64,000 nt of DNA from Octopus sinensis (lineage: Eukaryota), in NCBI RefSeq assembly GCF_006345805.1, contig NC_043020.1, forward strand, positions 17,298,001 through 17,362,000, read 5' to 3'. Shown piece after piece: positions 11,496 through 23,935 of the stretch. Made by a program: the position numbers and the translations under genes. A model generated the notes under the pieces. That model had not been told where the DNA came from and searched no databases. It saw only the letters and a list, made by a program, of their open reading frames with translations. Positions within the stretch are counted from its first letter, which is position 1; each line of letters opens with the position of its first letter.

Positions 11496-13488
11496 CTGCA
11501 AGGCAAAAAAAATCTCACTGTAATGTTGGCAACACAAGAACAGTAAAAGAATGTTGGCAACAACATACTGGCATGGGTTGGACGGTTTGACAAGAGCTGG
11601 CCAGCTGAAGTGCTGGCTGAGTTCCATGTCTGGTTTGGCTTGGTTTCTATGGCTTGATGCCCTTCCCACTGCCAATTTTTGAAGGGTGACTTTTATATAC
11701 CACTGACATGGGTACCAGTTATGTGACACTAGCATTGGCCATGATTGTTATTGATTTCAAATTTTGGCACAAGATCAGCAAGTTTTAGCGAGAGATTAAG
11801 TCAATTACATTGACCCTAGTGTTCAACTGGTACTTATGTCAACCCTGAAAGGGACGAAAAGCAAAATCGACCATGGCAGAATTTGAACTCAGAATGTAAA
11901 GATATACGAAATGCTGTTAAGCATTTTGCCTGGCATGCTAACAGTTCTGTCAGCTCGTCACCTTAATACTATATATCATATTGATTATTACAAGTAATAT
12001 TATACAGCATATAATATCTCATGCTACATGCAATATACACCACATCACATGTAGTATCCTTTACAAAGTGTACTTAGGTGCTTTTACACAGCACTGGCAT
12101 GGGTGCATTCACATGGCACCAGCACAAGTGCTTTTTACGTGACACTAGCATGCACAAGCCTGCAAGATTAGGATTTCTCACCTGAAGAAGGATGCAGGGG
12201 ACATTCCAGTAGTATGTAAGGACAACCCTGATTTTATTTCGCTTGATGTGTCTTTTCAAGCACAGTAAACCACCAGAAGTCTCAGCCCTTTGACAACCCC
12301 TTTGTGAGGCCCAATGTTTGAAGATCCTTTCTTACCACTTCATCCTACGTCTTCCTGGGTCTACTCCTTCCATACATTCCCTCCACAATTAGAGATCAGC
12401 ACTTCTTAATGCAGCTGCCCTTGTTAAATAATCACTTAATAACTATTTAACAGTGGCTGCCACCTAAGGATAGTCACACAATAACAATGTAATGACAATG
12501 TAACCATGGCAACATAATGACAGTAATGTGACAACAATGACACAAGAGCTGTTACAAAACACCATGACTCCACGGGGCAACATGCCACAACCAATACAAC
12601 TCTTCCATGTCAAATGCTCGGGTCAAATAATACGACATGAACACCTGGCTCGTGTTTTAGTCACGTTGGTCTTTTGTTAACTGAAATATCTCATCTGCAC
12701 ATGCCACAACTGCAGGTGGTAACAGGTATTAGTACACTGAACTGGTTGAACAAGGCCATTGGCAGTTTGTTGTCTATTCATCTGCTTGGTACCAAAGTGA
12801 TTCAATAAGTTCATCTGTCGAAACAGTTCGCATCCACCATGCTGCAACCCATGATTTCAATGTAGCTCTCGCTCTGGGGGTTACATACTATTTAACCCAT
12901 AGTTGGGAACCTGATAGGCATTGCTACTCCAGGTCAAAGTAGACCTGGGAACAAAAATGGCCAGTTGGTGATTCAACACTCCTTGTATAAAACTCCTCAT
13001 ACAGTCACATGGCATCCCTTGTATGGTCACACGGCAAGAGTTGTTTAACAGCCGTCTCTTATCAATAGCTGTGCAATGGCAATTATGCAGTAAGTTACAT
13101 AATTGCTATCATTATAGGAGTGGCATTAGAGTGCTTGCATTGCTGCAATCACACAATGACATTTATACTGTGATAATCACATTATAGCAGTCACATTATG
13201 ATGACAAATATATGAAAAATATACAAATATATGAAAAAATATACAAATATATGAAAAAATATATGAAAAAATATATGAAGCACAATACAACAGTCACAGG
13301 CTTGGCTTCCCAACCATATAGTTCTGGGCTCAGTCCCATTGTGTGGCACCTTGGCCAAGTTTTTTCCATTAGAGTCTTGGGCTGATCAAAGCCTTGTGAG
13401 TGGATTTGTTAGAAGGAAACCAAAAGCCTGTCTGTCTGTCTGTCTGTCTCTCACTCACTCACTCACATACATACATACATACATACAT

Positions 13489-13551
<63 letters not shown>

Positions 13552-13801
13552 CATACATTTATATATACACATCTATGTGTGTGTGTGTCTTTGTGTCAGT
13601 TTTTATCCTCCACTGCTGTGTTTATGTCCCTGTAACTAAGCAGTTCAGCAAAAGAGGCTGATAGAATAAGTACCAGGCTTAAAGAAAAAGGAAAATAAGT
13701 ACTGGGTGTGATTCATTTGACTAAAAAAGTCTTCAAGGTGGTGCCCCAGCATGGCCGCAGTCTAATGACTGAAACAGATAAAAGATAAAGTATGGTCTTA
13801 C

Positions 13802-14017
13802 CTCATCTAAAACATAAGTTTTCGTAACAGCAAATCCCCATCCAGCTTCAAAGGCCCTTCGTATCATCGAGGAACTCGTGCAGTTGGTAGCACTAGCAAG
13901 TCCAAAAGGGTTTTCAAATTTTATTCCACACATTTCAACGCTTACATCAACAGTATCTATGGGAGTGAAGAATTTTGGCAGATTTGGTGTCTTACTTACT
14001 GTTATGTTATGAAGAAA
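13802..14017 (-). CDS. DPYD: DPYD exon 13 (FLHNITV...NPFGLASA...[14 protein letters not shown])
   Basis: 216 nt; start of FMN barrel. Confidence 0.95.
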
Positions 14018-14419
14018 CTGAAATGAAATAAAAAAAAATTACTTCAAAAAGACTGGACATCTGACAGGTTAAAATTATAATTCCATTAAACCCTTTTTGG
14101 TGGAATGGATTTCCCAGAATTTAAATGAATACCCCAGATTCAACAGCTTATGTTGTTCACAGTAACCTATTTCTTTATTACCCACAAGGGGCTAAACACA
14201 GAGGAGACAAACAAGGACAGACATAGGTATTAAGTCGATTATATAGACCCCAGTGCGTAACTGGTACTTAATTTATTGACCCCGAAAGGATGAAAGGCAA
14301 AGTCGACCTCGGCGGAATTTGAACTCACAACATAACGGCAGACGAAATATCGCTAAGCATTTCGCCCAGCGTGCTAACGTTTCTGCCAGCTCGCCGCTTT
14401 AGTTCATAGCAACCAGCAC

Positions 14420-14685
14420 TCTGTTGTTTATGAAAGGTAGGAGAGTCCAGTTTGCTGGACATTGTTGTAGAGCTGAAAAAGAAGTAATTTCTACTCTTCT
14501 CCTTTGGAAGCCATCTACTCGCAATACCAGAGGGCGCACACTCTCCTACCCTGATGTAATCTCCAGGGATACAGGCATCCAGCAACAGGACCTCCATAAT
14601 GCCATGATGGACCGTGAAGTCTGGCGTAGCATGGTAAATTCCATTGTCTCGACCGCAGTCGAACAATGATGATGATGATGATGGC
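14420..14685 (+). mobile_element. RTE-group LINE 3' fragment
   Basis: VQFAGHCCR...LLLWKP...AMMDREVWRSMV followed by (GAT)n; similar fragment at about 59650-60025. Confidence 0.7.
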
Positions 14686-15102
14686 TGAGTACTCTGCACA
14701 CACACAAGTACCCTAATAGGGATATTCAACATGACCCAGAATGTGACAAGTCTAGCCCTTTGAAATACAGTTACTACTCATTTTTGCCAGTTGAGTAAAC
14801 TGGAACAAAGTGAAATAAAGTGTCTTGCTCAAGAGCACAATGCACTGTTGGGAATTGAACTCACAATCTTACAATCATGAGCCAAATACCCTAACTACAA
14901 AGCAACTGTTTACAGCAATACTGGGATATTTCTCAGCATAGGCACAGGCATGGCTGCATAGAAAGAAGTTTGCTTCCGAACCACATGATTCAGGGTTCAG
15001 TCACACCGCTTGACACCTTCCGCAAGTGTCTTCTACCATAGTCTTGGGCTGACCAAAGCCTTGTGAGTGGATTTGATAGATGGATACTGAAAGAAACCTG
15101 TC

Positions 15103-15166
<64 letters not shown>

Positions 15167-15242
15167 ATATTTATATATATATATATACTTTATAATTAGG
15201 GTTCAGCAAAGATTTTATATACATATATATATATAAGCTGTC

Positions 15243-15284
<42 letters not shown>

Positions 15285-16747
15285 GGGACAAACACAATGA
15301 TATATATATATAATATATATATATATTATATATATATATATCATTGTGTTTGTCCCCCGCCACTGCTTGACAACCAGTGTTGGTGTATTTTCATCCATTA
15401 ACTTAGTAGTTCAGCAAAAAGCAACTGATAGAACAAGTACTAGGCTTTACAAAAAAATAAGTAATGGAGTTGATTTGTTCAACTAAGATTCTTCATGGCA
15501 GTGTCTCAACTTGGTTGCAGTCTAAAGAATGAAACACGAATAAAGACATGGTATTAGCACCAGCTAATGATCTTTCTTTTCATTACAAATTTGATTTTTA
15601 CTAATTAGCTACATCGTTTCATTCATTATATTAAGCATGTTAGCTTCCGCAACTCTGCAAATCAATTGTTGTCCTTGGGTAGCAACTGTTATTTCTTATT
15701 TGCTTACCCCTATAAAGTATGAAAAATGGCTAATATTTACTTCAAGCTTTGCTTTTCTTACATTTATTCAAACCCCAAAGAATCCCTCTCAACACATGGC
15801 CATGATGCTCCCCTCCATTATTCTTGCTTATGGTCACAGATGCACGTATTGTCAGCCACTGAGGGACATGCTCAACTGGTTATGGTCAAGCAACTAACAA
15901 GTAAATCTGTGGTGTTGAGCAGAATATTTGCTATAATGATATTTCTGCTTCAGCAACTCAGTGCTGAATCTGTCTGAAATGTAATGGAAAACAGGTCAGT
16001 TTCAAAATATTGATGCCTAGGTCACAAAAACAAAGTTTGAAAGGAATAGTGGTAATTTCTTTTGATTTCTAGAAAGAAGCAAATAGGAAATAACACTTAC
16101 TGTCCAAAGACAAAAAAAGAAAAAAATTAAAATTTTGTTACACAATATAATGTGGTCCTACATAACCTTAAACAGACACAGAATGGGCATAGCTATAGAT
16201 CTACTCCATCAGGCCTGACAGACATTAACCCTTAAGTGTTCAGATTACTTTGTCAAATGTAGTGCTTATTTATTCACATTGATTAGAATTAATAATGCAT
16301 TATCTTGTAGATTTGAGATTTCCATGATGTGATTGTTTATTTTTACAATGACATTCTAGGGTATGTGTGAGAGGTCAGATCCAGACAACTTGAACATAAA
16401 AAAAGTAGGAAATTTTGGGCTTGATATGGCTGGTTGAAACAACAATACTTAAAAACTTGGCCTGAAATATATATATGTATATATATATATGTATGTGTGT
16501 GTCTGTGTGTCTGTGTATGTCCCCCTAGCATTGCTTGACAACCGATGCTGGTGTGTTTACGTCCCCGTCACTTAGCGGTTCGGCAAAAGAGACCGATAGA
16601 ATAAGTACTGGGCTTACAAAAGAATAAGTCCCGGGGTCGAGTTGCTCGACTAAAGGCGGTGCTCCAGCATGGCCACAGTCAAATGACTGAAACAAGTAAA
16701 AGAGTAATAAAAAAAAAAGAGTAAAAGAGATATATTTTTTTGCTTAC

Positions 16748-16932
16748 TTGTAAATACATATGCATAAACCAAGAGGCTTGTTTTCCATCGTTAACAGCTT
16801 CGACTGTCATCTCTGAATTCCCAGCAATGTCTCCACCACAGAACACATCTTTTTCACTAGTTTGCATGGTGACAAAATCAACTTCTGGGAGGTTATATTT
16901 AGTGAACTTGATCGGTTTCATGGCATTTTTAA
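16748..16932 (-). CDS. DPYD: DPYD exon 12 (KNAMKPIKF...VFCGGDIAG...[16 protein letters not shown])
   Basis: 185 nt; AG/GT boundaries. Confidence 0.95.
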
Positions 16933-17361
16933 CTGTTTTTGGGGAAAAAAAAAAAGAAAATATTTCTTCAGAATTCTTGAACAGAAATGGTATACAAAGG
17001 TTTAGGTGTTAAAGTGCTCTCAAATGTTTATTTTTTAGCAAATACCAATCCACATACACACACACAAACACACACACACACTCACACACACACACTCACA
17101 CACACAAACATATATATATATATATTAATAGTTATCACCAAGCTAACATGGCAGTCCAGAAAAATAGGACGAATGCTGCTGTTGATTAGCTCCAAGAGGC
17201 CATCGCCTCTAGCTAGCTATGTGACACACAAACCTGTGTCCATTATAACCTTCAAACAGGGGAGGTCAGCTGCTTCCCCTTGCTGGTCTGGCATCCACAG
17301 ACTAGTTTCGAGGTGTTTGCCTCTTATCAATGTGGAGTAGTATATATATATATGTATGTAT

Positions 17362-18054
17362 ATAACATACATATAAAAGGGATGAATTGTAAGTGGACAT
17401 CCATTATGCTAGAAGAAGATCCACTATGGTCTTACCACTAAGAAAGGAATGTTCTCAAGAAACATTTAGCAAACGCTAGACCACTGATGTTAAATTGATA
17501 TTAATTAAATTAATATTCAATTTTTCACCCTTATTAATTTAAATTTAAATAGCTATTTTCTCTAACTGGCAAAATTCACTGCAGAGAATTATTTTCTGCA
17601 GAAATATTTCCGGTAGTTTAGAGCGCCATAACAAAGGCTTTTGAAAAGTGACTCCAAATGTAATCGGTAGAACTGTATACATGTTCATTCCATGTGGACA
17701 TCCCATGTGTAGTTCTGCAAATTATGGTTGCTAAGATGATCACACGGACAAGTTTTGCAGATGATTACGTAAATGATTATGTAAGCATTATCAACGAAAC
17801 CATGGTTTGTGATTAATCTATATTTTGTATCTTTTCATTTGTCTTGCTCACGTTTTGGCATTTGCTAAATTTTTCTTGAGAACATTCCTTTCTTAGAGGT
17901 AAGACCATAGCAGATCTTCTTCTAGCATAATGGATGTCCACTTACAGGTCATCCCTTTTATATGTATGTAATATAATTTTTTTCTGAAACTTCAGATTTT
18001 TAAATATGCTAGACCACTGGTGTTAAATTGATATCAATCAAATTAATATTCAAA
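17362..18054. mobile_element. Inverted plus direct repeat composite, Penelope pseudo-LTR-like
   Basis: Inverted arms 17362-17473 / 17861-17973; direct repeat 17475-17520 / 18008-18053; related sequence near 52770-52860 and 55060-55090. Confidence 0.55.
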
Positions 18055-18135
18055 TGCACAATGGACATTAAATGATGATGATGATATGCATAAGGTGGGG
18101 GTCAATTTTATTTTATTTTATTCTTACATTCTTAC

Positions 18136-18346
18136 CTTCATCCTCAGAGACTAAGGAACCAAATGCAGATATTATGAAGTCAGCTTTCAACACTACCAAC
18201 TGTTCCTCATCTTCTGTCATCCGGCCATTCTCATCCACTTCTGTCTTTGCAAACCGAATTCCTGTAATGCGACCATTTCTCTCAAGGACTTCCTTAGGTG
18301 ACATAAAAGGGATGAATTCACATCGCTCTTTCTTTGCAGCCTCCAT
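18136..18346 (-). CDS. DPYD: DPYD exon 11 (MEAAKKERCEF...KADFIISAFGS)
   Basis: 211 nt; AG/GT boundaries. Confidence 0.95.
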
Positions 18347-18569
18347 CTTATTGAAAGGAGAGAAAAGAAGACAAGAATGCAATACTAGTTTTTTTTAACC
18401 CTTTAGGGGGTCATATCTATTTTCCATGATGGCATGAGTTAGGCAGTTTGACCAGAGCAGGGAAGCCAGAGAGATGCACCAGGCTCCATTTGTTTGTTTC
18501 GGTATGATGTTTTATGGCTGGATGGCCTTCCTAATGCCAACCACTTTACAGAATCTATTGGGTGCATTT

Positions 18570-19165
18570 TACGTGTCATCAGCACAGATGCCATATGCAT
18601 GTCACCTGCATGGGTGTCTTTTGTGTGCCGCTGGCACAGGTGCCATATGTGTGTCACTGACACGAGTACCTTTTGCATGTCACCAAGACAGGTGCCTTTT
18701 GCATGTCACTGGCACAAGTGCCATATGCATGCTTTTGGCATAAGTGCCATATACATGTTACTGGCACAGGTGCCTTTTGCATGTCACTGGTATGAGTGCC
18801 ACATGTGTGTCACTGGCACAGGTGCCTTTTGCGTGTCACCGGCACAGGTGCTCTTTTGCATGTCACTAGCACAAGTGCAATATGCATGTCACTGGCAAGG
18901 GTGTCTTTTGCATGTCATAGGCACGGGTGCCTCTTTTGCATGCCACAGGCACAGACACGTTTTTTGCATGTCACTAGCACAAGTGCCATATGCATGTTAC
19001 TGGCACAGGTGCCTTTTGCATGTCACTGGTATGGGTGCCACATGTGTGTCACTGGCATGGGTGCTTTTGTGTGTCACCGGAACAAGTGCCCTTTTGCATG
19101 TCACTAGCACAGGTGCAACATACAGGTCACTAGCACAGGTGCCTTTTATGTGACACCTGGCACCA
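18570..19165. repeat. About 26-28 bp minisatellite (gtcactggcacaggtgccttttgcat) expanded inside a family D element
   Basis: Tandem periodicity visible; explains the spurious 219-aa ORF. Confidence 0.85.
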
Positions 19166-19987
19166 GCAGAATTGCCAAGTAACTTGCAAGACAAAGGCCT
19201 CTTGGTTGAGCGATGGTGTGGAACCAAGGGGAATGGCTCTGTGCCAGATGAGAGGTTGGAGTATGATAGGACAGAGAGAGTCATCTTACTATAGAAGGGT
19301 TACCTGGCAACACTAGTAGGGCAAGGAAGGAGAAGGGAGTTGAGAGAGAGTTAGGGGAACAGAGTAAGAAAAATAGAAAGGATCTAGGGATGTATTGGGG
19401 GTCTATGTACAGGGGACAGTAGGGAGGGTATAACTAGTGCAGAGGGGATAGAGAGGAATATTCCACGAGAGTGTGAGGGGATATGTTTAGGGATGGGAAA
19501 GACATGACTTTAGCAAGCAATAGTGAGGGAGAACATAAAAAGCATAAAGAGAATATGAATTTCTAGAATAGGGATGAGGCCAGAGATTTAGTGGAAGGGT
19601 TACATTATCTTCTATGTGCCACTGGTTCTATATGTCATTAGCAATCACACAGATACTTCTTAATTGAGACTAAACACCAACAAAATGATAATAAAGTGTC
19701 TTCCAAGTGGTCACTTGTCTAACTAGAAATAGCAGCCAAATCCCCTTGAAAATCACACCCTACTGTTTTAAACAAGATAGAAAAGATTGGATCACGCAGT
19801 ACCAGATAGGCTGTTTGAAAAATAAGATGGGTTGGTCATAGATGGAAAGTCTTTGATTACAGGCCAGCTCAATTAGGGCTGATCTGGAGCTAGGCAATGA
19901 TGTGATGATGACAATGATAAGAATGAGAATGATGTTGATGATGATGATTATGATGGCAATAAATAAAATAGATAAATGCTTGCTTAC

Positions 19988-20157
19988 CTCTTCTGGGACA
20001 GCTCTGAAATTGTTAAATCCTCTCCTGAAGACAATGTACACTCGTTTGGCACCGCACCGAAGGGCAGAAGTGGCACAATCCATAGCAGTATCTCCACAGC
20101 CAAGAACTATCACTTTACCATGCAGCTTTGGTAAATATGGTTTGCAGGAACACATTC
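19988..20157 (-). CDS. DPYD: DPYD exon 10 (GMCSCK...[22 protein letters not shown]...RAVPEE)
   Basis: 170 nt; NADPH-binding motif. Confidence 0.96.
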
Positions 20158-20999
20158 CTGGGAAAGATATAACCATATATCGCTTTTAGCTCTTTTACTT
20201 GTTTCAGTCATTAGACTGCAGCCATGCTGGGGCACCGATTAAAATTTTTAGGTGAATGAATTGGGCCTCGTACTTGTTGGTTTTATTTTTTAAAGTCATG
20301 TACTTATTCTATCGGTCTCTTTTGCCAAACCTCTAAGATACAGGGACATAGATACACCAACACCAGTTGTCAAGCGGTGGTGGGAGACAAACACAGATAC
20401 AAAGATAGATAGACAGACAGACACACACACACATGATCGGCTTCTTTCAGTTTCCATCTACCAGATCCACTCACAAAGCTTTGGTTGGCCCAGAGCTATA
20501 GAAGACACTTGCCTAAGGTGCCATGCAGCGGAACTGAACCCAGAACCAAGTTGTTAGGAAGCAAACTTCTTATCACACAGCCACTCCTGGCTATATATAT
20601 ATCATCATCATCATCATTGTCGTTTAACATCCACTTTCCATGCTGGTATGGGTTGGACAGTTTGACTGAGGGCTGGCGAGCCAGAAGGCTGCATCAGGAT
20701 CCAATCTGATCTGGCAAAGTTTCTATAGCTGGCTGCCCTTCCTGATGCCAACCACTCCGAGAGTGTAGTGGGTGCTTTTACGTGCCACTGGCATGAGGGC
20801 CAATCAGGTGGTACTGGCATCAACCACGCTCAAATGGTGATTTCTATGCGCTACCTGCACAGGAACCAGTCCAGCAGCACTGGCAATGATCATGCTTGAA
20901 TGGTGCTTTTAACGTTTCACTGGTATGAGTGCCAATCAGATGGTACTGTCATCAGCCGAGAGTGGAGATTTTATTCACATCCAAAAACTTCTTTATTTA

Positions 21000-21129
21000 C
21001 ATTTGATGGATATTTGTCCTCATCTTGTTTATTTTTAGCACAACATTTCGGATGATATACCCTCCAGCTTTCATCAGGTGTCTTGGGGAAATTTCGAACC
21101 TGGGTTTTCATTCCTAAGGTATTTTTCGA

Positions 21130-21164
<35 letters not shown>

Positions 21165-21512
21165 TCACTGCCTGGAATCGAACTCGGAATCATGGGGTTA
21201 GTAGCCCGCGCTTTTAACCCCTATGCCATATGCCCGTGGGCATATGCTGTAGTGGTTAAGAGCGCGGGCTACTAACCCCATGATTCCGAGTTCGATTCCA
21301 GGCAGTGACCTGAATAATAATAACAATAATAATAATAACATCGCAAAATACCTTAGGAATGAGAACCCAGGTTCGAAATTTCCCCAAGACACCTGATGGA
21401 AGCTGGAGGGTATATCAGCTGAAATGTTGTGTTAACAATAAACAAGATAAGGACAAATATCCATCAAATGTAAATAATGTAAATAATTCTTCATCTCTTA
21501 ACTATAGAACTG
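21000..21512. mobile_element. Palindromic tRNA-headed SINE-like element with HHR motif (family P3)
   Basis: About 240-bp arms 20993-21235 / 21238-21477; 35-bp tail; 17-bp TSD aaaaacttctttattta (20983-20999 / 21513-21529); A/B-box head 21238-21310. Confidence 0.85.
21388..21433 (+). ncRNA. Candidate minimal type I hammerhead ribozyme (mirror copy on - at 21037-21082)
   Basis: GACAC-CTGATG(G/A)-A-AGCTG(10 nt)CAGCT-GAAA-T-GTT-GTGTT; each arm carries different point lesions. Confidence 0.65.
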
Positions 21513-22772
21513 AAAAACTTCTTTATTTAAAAGTTTTCTACAGCATATACATCTGACCTACCATTGTGGATAGCCAACATCTAAACCAATTTGAGAGATA
21601 ATATATCTGCCAGAATAACTTATCTTTTTTATATTAATATATATATATATATATATATCATCATCATTATTTTCATCTTAATGTCCATTTTTCCATGATT
21701 GCATGAGTAAGACAAAGTTTACTGTGGCAGATTTTCTATGGCAAAGAATTTTCAAGAAAGGTTGGAATATTTCTCATAAGCTTCTCAAACACAATTGTAA
21801 TTAAATCATCAAAAGATATGAGCAAGCAAAGACAAGAGATACGAAATACCTGTCTCACTCATTTTTCTCACACTAAATTCCAATATTTTTATAATCTACA
21901 CCATCTGAAAGGTAGTTGTAGAAAATTTCATTAATAAATACCTATTTTTCTGAAGGTTAAGAGGAAACAAATTGAAGTGTATGAATTATCTAAAGCACCA
22001 TTTCCTCACCTCTGAAAAAGTTTCTCACAAATTCCACTATAATTGTAACCTACACCAACTGAAATGTATTTGTAGAAAATTTCCTTTCCAGAAAGTTATG
22101 AAGAAAGAAAGTTGGTGGGACACCTTCCGTAGTTATTACCCAATTGACATAAGTAAATTAAAAACCAGTTTTCTTATTTAGCATTCTATGTTTGCAACTG
22201 CACCCAACAAAGATGAAAGGATACTAGAATCATCATTATTTGGTTGATGCTGGATTTAAATTAGAATTTGTAGAAAGTAACATTGCAAATATTTGGGCAA
22301 CCTAGATATTTCTAGAAATATAAGCAGAAATGCTAAAAAAACTTTATCTCACAGTGTAAGATTTTATCTTGCAGTGAATTAAAACATTACAGTAAATAAA
22401 AATTATTTTTGTGATTGAAGCATATACTTGAAATCAGTCACAAAAAAAATGAAAACTATATCAAAACTGGAATTTATAAGAATTTTCTAGAGAGGGTAGA
22501 CTTAAATAATTGCTTTCTTTTAATAAAAGTTACACATACCAAACTAATTAATAAGCAGCTTTCTTCATTATAGTAATATATTATTAGTAGCTTTAAAAGT
22601 TTGTGTCCTGAAGGATACTAAATATGCACTGAATAAAGGACTCAATACTCATTATTAAATGAAAATAATATCTATTACCAATGGTGACTGTTTACTTCAA
22701 AGTTCTATCCTAAACCCAACCCATACTCCAGCTGTTACTACTTCCAACACCCCTACAATCTTCATCACTTAC

Positions 22773-22880
22773 CTGCTTTAGAAGCCAGGGCCACTTTAGG
22801 CAGAAAACTTTTTGAAGTATAGAAGCCTTTTTCTTCAGTCATGTTGGCAAATACTCCTGATTTCCGAGGATCTGGTAAAC
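22773..22880 (-). CDS. DPYD: DPYD exon 9 (GLPDPRKSG...FYTSKSFLPKVALASKA)
   Basis: 108 nt; gtaagt donor. Confidence 0.95.
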
Positions 22881-22999
22881 CTGTTTGAGACAAGGGACAC
22901 CGGGAGTCAGTAATGGGAATATTCCAGGACATTTTGGGAAGAAGAATCAACAACATCACATCAAAATATGGGAGAAGTATTACAGTTGATATCCCATCA

Positions 23000-23031
23000 G
23001 TATGTGTGTGTATATATATATGTGTGTGTGT

Positions 23032-23073
<42 letters not shown>

Positions 23074-23178
23074 GTATGTGTATATATATATATGTGTGTG
23101 TATATATATATGTGTGTGTGTGTATATATATATGTGTGTGTGTGTGTGTGTATATATGTGTGTGTATATATATATATA

Positions 23179-23220
<42 letters not shown>

Positions 23221-23443
23221 ATCCAAACATGAACATAGAGAAAACACAACAATGCGAGGACGTAGAACAAGAATAGTGTTATTGGACGCTCAGGAAAGGA
23301 AAGAAAGAAGGAGGATTTAATGTTTCGAGTGGAGGTCTTCATCAGAAACATAGAAAATTGAAAGGTCCAAGGAAGGGAAGATGGAGAAAGAAAATCGCCA
23401 ATGATACACACACACACACACATATATATATATGATATATATA

Positions 23444-23476
<33 letters not shown>

Positions 23477-23520
23477 GATATATATGTGTGTATTATATAT
23501 ATATATATATATATATGATA

Positions 23521-23568
<48 letters not shown>

Positions 23569-23677
23569 ATATATGTGTGTGTGTGTGGTATTATATATAT
23601 ATATATATATGTGCGTGTGTGTGTGTGTATTATATATAATATATATATATGTGTGTGTGTGTGTGCGCGTGTGTGTA

Positions 23678-23719
<42 letters not shown>

Positions 23720-23779
23720 TATATATATATATATATGATATGTATGTGTGTGTATTGTATATATATATATATATAGAAT

Positions 23780-23810
<31 letters not shown>
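23000..23810. repeat. Compound (TA)n/(TG)n microsatellite, interrupted by a P4 element
   Basis: Direct inspection. Confidence 0.95.
23216..23405 (-). mobile_element. About 190-bp HHR-motif repeat (family P4)
   Basis: Second copy at 41717-41905, partial relative at about 50900-50990; inserted in TA/CA microsatellites; degenerate HHR at 23315-23349(-). Confidence 0.7.
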
Positions 23811-23847
23811 TGAGAGCAAGCAAGCAAGAAAGACCTAGAGAATTTAC

Positions 23848-23935
23848 CGATTCCAATAAAAATTGCCGCATAACCATCTTTCCTCAATTTAGAAATAGTT
23901 AACTGTGATTCTGAGAGAGCTTGTCCAAGTTGGAC
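23848..23935 (-). CDS. DPYD: DPYD exon 8 (VQLGQALSESQLTISKLRKDGYAAIFIGI)
   Basis: 88 nt; tttcag acceptor, gtaaat donor. Confidence 0.95.

Noticed and set aside
18494-19153. 219-aa Cys/His-rich ORF
   Set aside because: Product of a minisatellite.
21238-21310. Functional tRNA gene
   Set aside because: Acceptor and T stems pair poorly and the sequence is embedded in a TSD-flanked repeat; treated as a SINE head.
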